The position numbers and the translations under genes were made by a program. A stretch of DNA of 60,424 nucleotides, filler included, from Gonapodya sp. JEL0774 (lineage: Eukaryota), in the NCBI GenBank assembly GCA_027604505.1. It is 12 parts of 12 records of this genome, joined end to end, with 100 filler letters (N's around TTAATTAATTAA, not from the genome) between each part and the next. Parts side by side here need not be neighbours in the genome. Positions count along the whole stretch, not along the records: positions 20,238 to 25,182 come from JADIIX010000815.1; positions 25,283 to 30,226 come from JADIIX010000816.1; positions 30,327 to 35,264 come from JADIIX010000817.1; 9 more parts are not named here. One strand, 5' to 3'. The notes beneath the pieces are model-generated. The model worked only from the letters and a program-made list of their open reading frames with translations. It was not told where the DNA came from and searched no databases. Of this stretch, positions 22,237 through 35,364 are shown piece after piece; position 1 is the first letter of the stretch; the number at the start of each line of letters is the position of its first letter.

Positions 22237-25182
22237 ATGTCATCCAAGGGCCGGATCGTGTCTCACCAGGTTGGAGCGAGTCAGATCAATGCGATCGTCG
22301 TGGCGAAAGACGAGTGAGGAGAAATACGACATTTACAGTCACTTACAAGGTCGATCGATTGTTTAATTGATAAGCATGTCTCATCTTCTCTTGTTTCCAG
22401 AGCTCTTTTCGTGGGAGCAGCGGACAAATCTGTAAAATGTCTGGCAGCTGGCACGATGAATGAAATCGCGGCAATCCAGCACCACCGCGCGGCCGTAAAT
22501 AGCCTCAGCCTACATGTGCGTACAGATGGATGAAGTCGTGTGACGTTCGTGGCTCGAATCAATCGGTTGCTCACATCCACCATACCACCTGTTACACCCT
22601 CGTCATCACCTCATGAAAACCAAATTACCGTGAACGTTAGAATCACTTCCTCTTTTCTGCCTCCAGTGACTGGACTGCCGCCGTGTTCAACGTTGAGAAT
22701 GTCGGTTCAGGTCCAATCACGCTCGACAAGGAACTTGTGAGGCTCACCATGCCCGTTGTATGGGCAGCCGTTGCTCCAGATGGCAAAAAAGTCGCCATTG
22801 CTTCAGAGTGAGTCTGCTCAAGTGTCTGGATTATCTTTGAATGAGGGAGCCATTCACGTCGGACATAGCGGGCGTGACTGAGGAGATAACGGTTGCTCCC
22901 TTCCTCCCCCTTGCATAACCCCCACCGGCCATACAACTGACAAACTTTGCGCTTGCATCAGCCTACTCGATATAAAACTTCTCCAAACATCCTCCATCAC
23001 CTCTATTCGACTCCTCCGCGGTCATACCAAACCGCCACGCTGTGTTGCCTGGGATCCGGCCGGAGATTACCTGATTTCTGCAGGTGCTGATGGTGTTGTT
23101 AGATGTTGGGACTGTAGGGAGGATCCCCCATCGGAAGTCGCAGTGTTGAAAGATCAGGTTGCCATTCTGAACCCGGAGTGAGTTGAACAAGCGGATTGAG
23201 CATCAAGCGATTCTCATGCAAGCCGCCCTTTGTTCACATCTCCAGCGCACTTGATCGTTTACAAATAGCCTGGCATCCCGCCGGCAAGTATTTTGCCGTC
23301 CCGGGGCCACTCAATGATATTGCCGTGATTGAAAACGAAACGTGGCAGACGCTGTTTCATTTGGGGGAGCATGGTGGGGGAGTAAGTTACACTGTCACTC
23401 TAGGTGTGACCCGTTACAGGATCCGCGCTCGAGTTGATTGCCCTCAACCTCCCCCTAAACTTTGTAACCTGGCAGCGCCTTTCGCTCCTATCCATATCTC
23501 CTTCCGGCACTCACCTTGCCGCGGTCTCTCTCGACTCTCTCGTCGCTGTATGGGATCTCAAGAGCAAGCTGGTGGTCTCTCGCCACAAACACCCCTGTCG
23601 AGTCACCGCGTTAGCGTGGATTGGTGATAAGGTTGTTTGGGGGGACGTGCAGGGGACTGTGGCCGTCTGGAGTGCCGAGTTGAAGCTGCTGAAGGCGGTG
23701 GAGGAGAGGAAGGTAGGATTGGATGAGCTTGCGAAGAGTCTGTTTGATGATGAGGCATTGGAAAAGAAGAAGAGCAGTTTGGGCGGTGAGGCGAAGGAAA
23801 AGCACAGCAGCGGTGGGGACTTAGGCAATAGTCTAAGTGATGCTGATGATGCCGAGGTTGGGGAGAATGCGGAAGAGGATGACGACGATCTCAACGACGA
23901 GTTTGTAGAAGATGACGATGGAGCTGGATACGCGGAGTACGGGTTCGAGCCGGAGGGAGCAAGGAGGGGTGGACAGCACAAACATCGACCAAGGCCCAAA
24001 GTTGGGGCAGGCACGGCGCGAAGTGTACTTTCGAACGGTGAGTAGGAGTCTTTAAGGGGGGGACAACTTTAAATGGAACCAATGGGCTCCGCTCCTTTGA
24101 TGCACCGTCAACTCTCTAGCCGATTACGATTTACCATACCACACCGAATGTCAGCCGCCTATCCAACCGGGTAGCACACCCCTTCAGAGTTCGGGATCTG
24201 CAAAGGGGGCTCCTCGGTACTTGGCATTCAACCTGACAGGCTTCGTATACTCAGTGGATCAAAACACGCATTCAACTGTGCATGTGGAGTTTCATGGTGA
24301 GTGGTACAGTTTTCTTTTCGAGACCACTTCCTGCTGAGATCAGGGCTGCCTCGACGAATGTGACTACAGACCGATCAGCAATGCGCCCATTCTCATTCAC
24401 AGACCATTACAACTTCACCATGGGGTCAATCGGTACGTCCAATCGTTACTTTTCCTTGAATTCAATGCCTTACTGTGCCATTTAACTTTTGTGTGCAGCC
24501 GAACGAGGCGCAATTTTTGCGTGCCCATCCAGCCAAGGGAACCCCAGCACAGTCGTGTACAGGCCCTTTGAGTCTTGGGCAACGAAGGGAGATTGGACGG
24601 TACAGATGGGGCCCTCGGAGAACGTTGTTGGTAAGTCGACCCGCACGCAGCACAATTAGTTCTGACAATTTGTCCCTATCACACTTACACGGAATGGCAA
24701 TAGGCATCTGTCTAACCACCAAGGGCGCAGTGGTGGGTACTGATCAGCGGTACCTAAGGTTCTTCTCCTTCAGCGGAGTTCAGATAAGCATTATGAGTGT
24801 GTGGGGACCAATTGTGTCGATGGCAAGCTTTGAGGACCAGCTGTTGGTCATCGCACATCAGGGTGCGGCGTATCATGGTTCGTATTACCGAACGAATTTC
24901 GTGTTCTGACTGCCAGATCGCTGTCGCCGTTACTCTTCAAACGCACAGGTGATCAGAACCTCGCTTACGCCCTCTACAACGTCTCCACAATGGAATGTCT
25001 TCGCAAGGACGCCTTGCCAATCTCACCAGCATCACAGCTGACATGGGTCGGGTTCGCCGAGAACACGGTAGGTAGCACGACGATTGCTCAGATAACCCCT
25101 AGTGTGCGTGCTGCTAAAATGACCAATTCCTATGTTGCAGACACCAGTCTCTTATGATTCAGAGGGGGTACTTCGAGCTTTA
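22237..25182 (+). CDS. CTF4: CTF4/Mcl1/AND-1 replisome hub protein (WD40 + SepB domain; 3' truncated)
   Basis: N-terminal WD40 repeats (IAWHPAGKYFAVPG; LSISPSGTHLAAVSLD), an acidic linker, then IQPGSTP...RYLAFNLTGFVYSVDQNTHSTVHVEFHD...RYLRFFSFSGVQ...GDQNLAY...LTWVGFAE...YDSEGVLRAL. Confidence 0.95.
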
Positions 25183-27406
25183 NNNNNNNNNNNNNNNNNN
25201 NNNNNNNNNNNNNNNNNNNNNNNNNNTTAATTAATTAANNNNNNNNNNNNNNNNNNNNNNNNNNNNNNNNNNNNNNNNNNNNTGAGGCTGATGTGAGAAC
25301 GCGTTTGTAGGACTTAGAATCAGCTGATTTGGTTTCTTCAAGATTATGGATGGATGCCGTTTTCTGGTGCAGAACTGATTTCATAAGTGACTATTCAGTA
25401 CTCAGAATCTTACCGCTGGAGATAGTGAGATGAGGCCTTGATGAAGTCTCTCGGAGCCTTGCTCGCTCGTGCATCTGTCGTCTAGTTTCGTGATTTTGGT
25501 CTGATAACTTATTTTAGTCACCCTGAATGCTATTTGCTTTTGCTCAAGGAGTGGGTCAGACATGCTCGTAGGTCGTGACACAAATCCCACGATTTACCTC
25601 CCACGAAACGCACCACTCCTCCATCATAGAAAGATTTTGGACCTCAGAAGACCTCTCCATTTCTGATCGAGACTCGCTTCATGTGTGCCCTCTGCTGTTG
25701 AAGTGCTGACTTGTGGGTTAGCACCGTCCCCAAGTGGGGATCTATCAATGCACTCTGTACCAATTTTTGTGGAAGTCAAATGTCGTTTTGGACAAGCCTT
25801 GGAGTGCGGGCACGCAGTGACTAGGCAGACTTCGTTCCATTCCTTGTCATCTGGGGACTTTAGTGTGTGTCCATGCTTGGGTACAGAGGATCTTCAATCA
25901 GCCATGTGGCACCTGTTGAAAAGATATACAAGACATATTGTGCGCCTGAAGTCGTTTTGATGAACGAGGCCTCGTTTGTGGACGTTTGCTTTGTCAACAG
26001 GCTTGACGTCATCCTCTCTAGACAGCCAAATTTCCGATCCAAATACAGAAAAAGAATCACACAATCAAAAAGTAACTCCCCTCTCATAAGATCTAGCAAT
26101 TTTCGTGCTTTGCGCTCACCATCATGAAGGAACAAACAGAGCAGACTGGCAATGTACTGTTCACTTATAATAATCAGATCACAATTACAAACCCGGCAGG
26201 CAAATCCTGTATTCAATGGTGGACTCCCATGTGCACATGGCTATGTGATGTTTTGGACCGCTTACAGGGTTTTCCCCAGGCCCTGGGACCAAGAATTGAC
26301 CGCAGAGACTCCAACTACTGAACAAGGAAGCGTGCTTAAAAATGTGTTTTCAAATGTGGTTGGCTCGTTTGTCTCCGGTCAGGACTCTTTTTGTTTGAGT
26401 GCATGTGCTCCGTTATGAAACAAGTACCAGATCACCAATCAAACTCGTCTGTCGCTGCCTATCTGTGAATCAAGCAGAATAACTTGAATCACTGATGTTT
26501 CGACAGCTGCTGTGCTTGAGGTTTTGGTCACAGTCTTGCATGGCGTGATGCATATGTCATTTGATCAGTTCATTTCTTTGTATGGTCTTGATCTTGAGTG
26601 ACCCTGAAAGCGCTCTGCATGTAGTTTTGCACTGAGAGTACCAACGAAAATTTTCCATGCGAGAAATTCTTGGGTCTTGGTGACGCGTCTTCCACTAGGG
26701 CTATCGGTGCCGGTTCTTCTCCATGAACAGTCGACCTCAAGCGAGCATTCTGCCATGCTATACTGCGGTTTCTTTTCATACCCTTATTGAGCTAACATCG
26801 GTGGAGAATTTGATTCGTGTCACGAAGACTGAATCAGATAACAATGTTGTTCTTTGGATTGGTGTCAAGTCGATTGCAATGACAAGACAGGCTGAATTAC
26901 AGATCTCGCTTTTTGCTGAAAGTGGTCTCTGTGTGATATACTAACACGTATGACGACACCAATGACGTACATACATGATGGAATGTACTCGAGGAAGGGC
27001 GCGCGCGGGCGTGCAGCCTTGCACTCGACCAACAACACAGTGAATACTCGTTTACAATAATACAAATAAATCAATGATTCCGGATACTTTAAACACTTTT
27101 GGACATGGAACGGCCAACGGCGCAGGTGTGATCGGATTTGAGGCGTCGCCACAGGACACCTGCGACCCCTGGTATGACCGAGATCATTTGTCTCCAAGAG
27201 TCAAGAGAAGTAAGGAGACATCGGAAACTGGACGAGCAACAGCTGGAGAAGACACCACAGCGGAATCGAGCGTGGAGGTGAGCACAAGACGACAACAGGC
27301 ACAAGGTTCTGATTCCCATTGCCGCACCTGCATTTGACTCAACCGATCCACTCCCTTCAAAGCTGGTCTCTAATATTCCCCTGATTTCAGCTGAAAATTT
27401 ATTTCT

Positions 27407-29327
27407 GTGATGCATTCCCGATTTTTGGCTCGTTTTGTTGTTTCGGTGGCCGTGGTCGTGCTGGTCGCGGCTTCTGTGCTCGGGGTGTGCGCTTGGGCTG
27501 CACCGCTCCCAAACTCAAACATCAACGTTCTCGTCAGGAGAGACACTGGCAACGGAACAAATTCACCCGCAACCGATGCTCAGCCGTCTGCTGCAGCACA
27601 GCCCTCGCCCTCCCCTGCACCCGCTCCACCTCCTGCAGCCCCCAAACCTGCCCCGTCTCCTGCCTCGGAACCTTCTCCGACCGCTCCACCACCGCTACCA
27701 TCCCCGTCTCCTTCTGCGCCATCTCCCCCTTCTTCTCCCTCCCCGGCCAAGGAATACCCTGCGCCGTCTCCCTCGCCATCCCTCAAACAGGAGCAGAGCC
27801 CCACCCCTGTTTGGGATGCACCCAAATACGACACCGGTGCATGGCCTACACCTGCAGCGACAGTACCGTCGCCCTCCCCTTCCCCCGCACCTTGGCCTGC
27901 ACCTCCACCGCCCCCAGCCAACCAACCCACTCCAACTTCGGCCTGGGTTCCTCCGGTAACCGAAGCGGTACCCTCTCCTTCACCGGTTCCTCCACCACCA
28001 CCTCCCCCCGTGTACGACCCACCACCACCACCTCCACCTCCCCCTCCTCCACCGCCAACACCGTCTCCCACTCCTCCCATTGATGGCCAAGACGCCACAG
28101 TGCCCGTGGAACTCGCTCCCGTTGCACCCACCCCACCTCCTCCATCTCCCGCTCCGGTTCCTGCAACAGCAGGCGAACCAGCTCCTTCTCCGCCTCCACC
28201 GGTGCCTGCTGTGGTGAAGGCTGCGACGGATCCCGTGACGAAGATCAACGGTGAGTTGCTGACCAAATCACTTCAGAGTCTTCTGTTGTTTCTTTGGAGG
28301 TGCATCGGACGATAGAGATCGAGCACGATGTTCACACGATTGACGTCACGAGACTAAAGAAGGACCGAATTGATACGTTGTACTTCTTCGCTTCCCCTCT
28401 AACTAACACAATGCTCATTCCCTCCATTCCACGACCCTCCACAGCCATCGTCGCCGGCACCCCTGCCTCCGCCGCCCAATACCCGTGGATCGCCCGGCTC
28501 ATCACCACGCTCATCACCGCGGGCAGTGCCTCGCAAGAATTTTGCACCGGAGTGCTCGTCGCTGCGACACCGTATCCCGTGGTCTTGACGGCGGGACACT
28601 GTAGGAGCAGAACCGCCAACGTGGTGGATGCGAGGGCTATGATCGGCTTGCAGGATTCCGCGGCTGGGTGTACGGGGACCTGTGTGGAGATGTTGGTGTT
28701 GGATGTGATTAATCATCCGCAGGTGAGTACTCTGTGATGGGGGGAGGGTCGATATGTAATGAAGCAGCATAAACCAACAAACACTTCTTCTTCATCCAGT
28801 ACACTGTTGATCCAGCTTCGGGTCTCGACATCACCGGCCACGATGTGCAACTCTGGGTCCTCGACCCGTCCACCGCACCTGCATCGTCCCTCGCGAACCT
28901 TGCCAACTCCATCGCCCCCATCAACCTCGACCCCAACACTCCAACAGCTGGCCAAGCCAGCCAAGCGTTAGGATGGGGTATCACCAACAAGGGCGGTACC
29001 TCGGGAATGTTCACCCTCGCCACGACCCTCCAGGGGACCACTCTCACCGCCGCCACGAGCGACCAATGCGTGACCTACTTTGGACTCAAGGGTGTGGACC
29101 AAACACTGATTGGCTGCGCCTCACCCGCCACGACTGCCGCCGGTATCACCACCACGTGCCAGGGGGATTCCGGTGGGCCTCACGTGGTCAACGGTGTGGT
29201 CTGGGCGACGACGAGCTTCGGACCCGTGCCGTGCGATAATGGAGGACCTGTGGTGGTGGTGAGGACGAGTGGGATCGGAGGGTGGCTGAATAGTGCGCTC
29301 CAGACTGTGGCGGCGACCACGTATTGA
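27407..29327 (+). CDS. Secreted S1 (trypsin-fold) serine protease with long Pro-rich N-terminal region
   Basis: Signal peptide, ~230-aa Pro/Ser/Ala tract, introns 28251-28444 and 28723-28799. Mature start IVAGTPA...YPW; triad VLTAGHC, GHDVQL, CQGDSGGP. Confidence 0.93.
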
Positions 29328-30003
29328 GAGGCGGGTCAGGGTAACACGGAGAAGATCGACGATGATTTGGGGTAATTAATCTGTTGTCATGCATGCATAA
29401 ACACTGTATATCATGTTAGTTGGCTTGGTCCTTGTGTTTGCGAAAGATTGTGCGTTGCTGTCTGTTTGTGCGCTGTTCTTCACAAAATTCCGTATTGCCT
29501 GCAAGGCGACGCCACCAATTGAAACGAGCGGCAACGTAGCAGCACACTCGCTCGGCGATACACTTGTGTCTTCGAGGTATGTCTGGATCTCGAATCACTG
29601 CTAAGTCATTCCCGCCCCCATGACGTTGACTCTCTCGCCGTCCCCATTGTATTGGGCGACGTCATCCACAACATGAAATTCAATTTCACAAGCTGGAAGA
29701 GCCGCTCTTTGTGCTTCTGTCATCTATCCCGTGTCTCCTGGATCTGAAATGCGGAATTCAAGACGGTTCAGAACTGCCTAAAGCATCTTTACTTGAAACA
29801 GAAGCCCGATTAGTTTTCTCGAAAGGATCGTAGACCATTTTACAACGGCTCGATAGTGTTTGGCGTCGAAGCAGCACACAACGATCGATCGATTGCGCAT
29901 GCACCACATCGGCAAATCCTGCTTACGCCGAGTAACAACCTAAAATCTGTCCCGCTCCTTGACTCAAATCTCTTTAGACGGAAACCGAAGCAAGACCAAG
30001 AGG

Positions 30004-30226
30004 ATGTCACTGCAACTTCTCACCACAGACTTCGAGAAGATTGATGTCAGTGGTCGAACGGTGATCATCACCGGCGCCAACTCCGGTGTTGGTCTTGTGA
30101 GTGAAAACAAATCGGTTGCTTTGATTCATTTTTTTTCCTCATTCAATCTAATCGGTTGCGAAAGTATACCGCTGCGAACCTAGTCAAAATGGGCGCCAAC
30201 GTCATCCTCGCATGTCGAAGCGTGGA
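30004..30226 (+). CDS. Short-chain dehydrogenase/reductase, retinol dehydrogenase-like (5' fragment)
   Basis: MSLQLL...GRTVIITGANSGVGL|YTAANLVKMGANVILACRS (TGxxxGxG motif). Confidence 0.9.
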
Positions 30227-30394
30227 NNNNNNNNNNNNNNNNNNNNNNNNNNNNNNNNNNNNNNNNNNNNTTAATTAATTAANNNNNNNNNNNNNNNNNN
30301 NNNNNNNNNNNNNNNNNNNNNNNNNNGAGTGGGGGGGAGACGGGGAGTGTGAGGAAGAGCACAAGTGAGAGAGGGAAAGGAGCAGAGAACAGAC

Positions 30395-30578
30395 CTTGAG
30401 CATGTGGTATGCGGCTCCGATGCCGGAAATACCGCTGGACACGTGGATGGGAACAAGACGGGATCAAAGGGAAAAACAAACGAGCGTGATTAAGGTGGAT
30501 GAGAAACAGTCAGTCGGGCGCTGGGAAAGCGGGTACGTACGCGCCAACCACGAGACAGTCAAAGTGTTGTATGGTCAT
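30395..30578 (-). CDS. FAD-dependent monooxygenase, BVMO/EthA-like (5' fragment; absent from ORF track)
   Basis: Exons 30578-30541 and 30434-30395 with a GT-AG intron give MTIQHFDCLVVGAGISGIGAAYHMLK (Rossmann GxGxxG), followed by a GT donor. Confidence 0.8.
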
Positions 30579-31254
30579 GGGTTGAGTGTGATGGGAAGAG
30601 TTGGTGAGCTGAGTGGGTTTGTGGGGGGGTTTTGATGGGTTGGGGGGGTGTTTGAGATGACGGAAAGAGCGGAGACCGTGGGAGGCAGCAGGAGGGGAAC
30701 ACGGACGGACTCACGGGGGAGTTTCAAGACAGTAAAAAGACAAAGAAAATCAAAGTGAGTCGACGCTGAGTTTCTCCTGCCCTTTTTCTCAGCTCGGATG
30801 CCTTTGAAAATGGGGTGGAGCCGGTGAAAATCTGGAATGGTTTCAAAAGAGGTGTCGGCATTTGGGTTCCGAAGCTTGGACCCCCTTTGTGAACATGACT
30901 CAGTGCGCACGGTTTGGGTTTACTCACCCGAAGAACCGCTCGATCCGATGCAGATTAAATATCCAGAATAAATTGCAGGTACACGTCAAGTCAGTGGCGA
31001 TGGTTTCCGTGGAAGATGGTCCATTTCGAACGGTCCCTTCCGCTATGGGGTGGGAAATCGGGAACTTTCTGATGACGGGAACAAAGCAGAGCAGTTGAAT
31101 ACGAGTGACACGTGGAATAATGTGTCTGTGTAATTGATTTTCTCTTTCTTGGCGCCTGTGTTGACGACGTTGCCAATTATTTGGTTCCGTTCCATGGTTG
31201 TTTTGGCCGGACACCCCACCACACAACCTTCCCCGCCAACCCCTCTCCGTCCCC

Positions 31255-33673
31255 ATGTCCCAACCCAAACGCATCTGCATCATCGGCGCAGGCCCCGCCG
31301 GAATCTGCGCCGCAAAAGTGTTCCGCCAGGTCTTGGGTCCAGACAAGGTCGACGTCACCGTCTGGGAGCTGCAGGAATCCATCGGGGGAACCTGGATCGC
31401 TTCGGATGTGCGCGGACCGGACGTGAACGATCCGAGGTGGCTTCGGGAGCGGGAGTGGGAGGAGCGGGACGATACTGTGGAATCGTTGGAGCAGAACGGC
31501 CGTGCAAGGGGAGGATCATGGTCAGAACACGATGGTGCACGACACGACACGGTGAACGGCCATCAGGACCCGATTCCAGATCCTGTCACGTACTCTGCAA
31601 TGTGTGCGTTATGCTCAGTATACCCGATGTCCTTTTTTGTTCCCCAGCCTCGTCAACTCACTTGTTTCTCCCGACGTGAATCCCCACGCACGCTCAACCC
31701 CACTCGACTCCCCTTAAAGACCCTTCACTCCGTACCAACATCCCCACAACTCTCATGCAATTCTCAGACTTCCCGTTCCACCCGGACACCCCTTGCACCA
31801 CTTCCACCACGACCACCACCGGTGAACCCGATCGCGACCTCGGCCACCTCTTCCCATCCCACACCGCGGTCCGCGACTACATCCAGCGATACGCCACACA
31901 TTTCCACGTCGACAAGCTCGTCAGAGTCGGTTGGAAGGTCACGAGGGCGGCGTGGGTCGAGAGAGAGGGGCCGGACGGTACTCCGACGTCGCGCGACACG
32001 ACCGCGGCACCTGCACGGGAGAACACGGACGATGAGAACGGGATCGAGTGCGGGGCTGCAGATCATGGGAACGTTGGTGATGATGCGGTTGCTGACGGGG
32101 ACTGGCACGGCGAGTGGGAAGTCGAGGTCCGCAAGGTGGTGTGGGACCAGGGCAGGGCACGTACCAATACCTCCTCCGGAGCGGAAACGGAAACCCAAAC
32201 CCACCGCTACGACGCTCTCGTATGCTGTACCGGTGCGTAGTACTCCTTCCATCCCTACCGGTCCCTCTCCATAATCCAGAATCCATCCCCATACTCTTAC
32301 TCAATTTCTTCTGTCTCCCAATCCCCGACTCACAAAGGCCACTACTCCAAAGACTACGTGCCCGCCATACATGGCTTACGCAGTTTTAAGGGCCGAGTGG
32401 TCCACTCGCATTCGTTTAGGGATCCGGAAGAGTTTGGGGGGAAGGTGAGTCGGTCGGACCAGAGTGGAGTTGGAGTGGGGTCCGTGTCCCACCGTCGGGT
32501 CCGTCCACTTCTATCCTTTTGATTTCGATATTGTTTCTCTTTTTGCTTTTGCTCACATCGTTTTCTTTTCTTTCTTTCTTTCCTGGTGTTCCTTTTTATT
32601 TTTGTCTCCCTACCAGACCCTCCTCACCATCGGCTCCGGCGCCTCAGCCCTGGACATCGCCCGCTTTCTGGCCCCGCACGCCCGGACTTCGTACCTCTCA
32701 CTGAACCGCGCCTCCTTGCTGGCCTCGGGGTGCGTTGCCGGATCCCCGGGCCATCCAGACGCGCCGGGGGCGGTGGTGGTGGGACAGGTGCGGGAGGTGA
32801 AGGGGAAACGGGTGGTGGTGGGCGGTGTGGACGGCGACGGCGACGGGGAGACGGAACTGGAACAGGAACTGGACGTGGACGTGATCGTGGTGGCGACGGG
32901 GTACTTGTACGATTTCGTGAGTTACCGTACGGGTGGCGCCGGCCCACCTTTGACCGCACACAGCACACAACACACCACACACCGACCCTCCTCCATCGAT
33001 CCCACCCACCACGCAGCCCTTCCTCACTCCAGGCCCCCTCTCCACCCGGGGCCGCTTACTCCCCCCCGGCGCGGAATACGATGCCTTGGTGGGATTTTCG
33101 GGGGGGATGGAAGTGAGGGGGTTGTGGAAACAGGTTCGTACTTGCTTCAGTACGTCCACCACCCACCGCACACAAAACAAACCGCCACCAAACACACCAT
33201 AGTGCATCTACCCCGCGAACCCTACCCTCTCCCTCCCGGGCCTCCCACTCCGGATCATCCCGTTCCCCCTGTTCGAATCCCACGCCGCGATGGCGGCAGT
33301 CGTGCTCGGGACAGTGGTGTGCCCCGGGCCCCAAGAATGCGCCGTAATAGAAGCCACCGAGGCCAACGAACAGGGGGGTGGAAGGAAGAGACACGTTATG
33401 GGAAACCGGCAGTGGAGCTACCACGACGGGATGGTGGAGGAGATCGAGAGGGGGATCGAGAGGTGGAAGGAGGAAGGAAAGGGAAGGGGAAGGGCGAACG
33501 TGGATGTGGGTGCTGTGAGGAGTGAGCAGTGGAGGATCGAACTGAGGGACATGGCGGCGGGGATGAGGAGGAGGTGGGTCGTGGGGTGTGGGGAGGTAAC
33601 CGAGGGGAACGGAACCGGCCACGCGAACGGAACCGGAACCGGAACCGGAAACAGGGCGGAGCTGAGCTCGTGA
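31255..33673 (+). CDS. Flavin-containing monooxygenase (FMO)
   Basis: ICIIGAGPAG...SIGGTW; SLRTNIP..LMQFSDFPF; FPSH; YDALVCCTGHY; FMO fingerprint FKGRVVHSHSF; LTIGSGASALDIA; DVIVVATGYLYDFPFL; PFPLFE. Confidence 0.93.
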
Positions 33674-34693
33674 TCGAGGCCCGGGTCGAAACGGTGCCCC
33701 GTGGATGTTCAGCGAGAGGTCTCTCGTCCCGCGGTGGAGTGGAGCGTCCGTGTGTATCACAATGAGTCGACTCACAGCCGCTCGATCGGCCAGCTGGGAT
33801 TCGTGAGTGGGCTGGGACGGAGACGGGTGCGCGATGCGTGATGTGTCAGCCCAGGCAATATGTAGTGATTGGCCGATGGGTGGAGAGGTGGCCACGTTAC
33901 TTTTACCCCACCTGGAGGAACCCGGTTTCGTGTTCTGTAGGTGATGTGGTAGCGAGGTTGTTTGGATCCTGGTGTTCCCGGTACGGGTGGCGTTCTTTTT
34001 TGTGCGTACGCGTGGCTGGAGAGCGTGATGTCGTCAACTATGACGCGGCTCAGTCGCGCGTGTGAGAGCCGGTGGACTTCGTTCGTTGTCTTGGCGAATA
34101 ACGGACTAGAAGTTACTCATTAAATTATTACGTAGAGACTGTAATTTCTCTGTTTTTTTTTTTTTAGATGTTTCTAGATTATGTAGTATCAGTCGAGTCG
34201 ACCGGCCAAAACTCATTTATCTGAATATGAAGTGCGCGCGAGGTACGGCCGCCGAGGTGTAACTTGGGCAGGAACAGCTGTGGGCGAATCACAGAACCAA
34301 CAATGATAGGTCCACCGTGTTGGTGGGACAATTTCAGCACACACGGCGCGGATATCGATGTGCGCGGCGTCTGCGGCTTAGTTGTCCTGTCCGCGCTGGT
34401 GCAGCTGGCCGGACTGTTCCCCGTCCGCAACACGCGTGCGGGGTCTCGCACGATTAAGAAGAGCGGTTAGTGCATTCGAGCCAGGGCAACGCCTTTGCTT
34501 ATATAAAGTAAATCAGCTGCTGTTAGTAATCACGAAAACGACGAACTCATTGATATATTGAGGATGCTACGTAAATAAACTGACACAGAAAAAGACCTCT
34601 AGGACCGTCTAAGATGCCAAAATGAGCTTGCAAAGGGTTGCAATTAACATCAACCACTTCCCACCACCACCGGCAGCGCACGGGCGGCCTCAC

Positions 34694-35200
34694 TCATGCC
34701 GCGACTCCCAACTCGACCCCCTTGGGCAGTTTCCCCTTCTTCATAAAGAACCCTCCGAGGATCATCATCGCCGCAAAGGGAGCGGTCAGAAGGAAAATGA
34801 GCGAGAGGGCCTTGACGTAGGCCGTGAGCACGCCGTCCAGTTCCGAGGGCGGAATGGCCTCGACGGGGGCGTTGCGGAGAAGCGAGGGGGAGTTCTTTAC
34901 GAACGCGACCGAGGCGTTGGGGGCGTAGATTGCAAGGTTGTCGGTGAGTTTGTTGGAGAAGACCTGGGTATTTGAGGAGGCAGGAGCACAACGCGAAGGA
35001 AGACAATTGTTGGGTGAGCTGAACACGATCCCCGAGCATTTGGACGAGCATACGCCCTCACCGAAGATGTGATCGCGATCCCCAACACCGAGCCGATTTG
35101 CTGCCAAAAGTTCGTGTTCGCCGTTACGAGTGCCAGTTGCTCTGGTGTCGCGGCGGCTTGCGCGCCGATGACGATGGTCTGCACAGCGACACCGAGTCCT
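34694..35200 (-). CDS. MFS drug:H+ antiporter (DHA2-like), 3' fragment
   Basis: GLGVAVQTIVIGAQAA...VTANTNFWQQIGSVLGIAITSSVFSNKL...AYVKALSLIFLLTAPFAAMMILGGFFMK...*. Confidence 0.88.
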   Translation of the reverse strand, partial: RTRCRCADHRHRRASRRDTRATGTRNGEHELLAANRLGVGDRDHIFGEGVCSSKCSGIVFSSPNNCLPSRCAPASSNTQVFSNKLTDNLAIYAPNASVAFVKNSPSLLRNAPVEAIPPSELDGVLTAYVKALSLIFLLTAPFAAMMILGGFFMKKGKLPKGVELGVAA

Positions 35201-35364
35201 GAGAAACGTACGACCCAACGAACACATTGCATCCAACGGTTACAACCAATGCCGAAATTTTGAANNNNNNNNNNNNNNNNNNNNNNNNNNNNNNNNNNNN
35301 NNNNNNNNTTAATTAATTAANNNNNNNNNNNNNNNNNNNNNNNNNNNNNNNNNNNNNNNNNNNN

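Noticed and set aside
6569..25182. TOF1 and CTF4 (both replisome components) in one window as a replication gene cluster
   Set aside because: They lie on different contigs separated by artificial linkers, so the proximity comes from size sorting.
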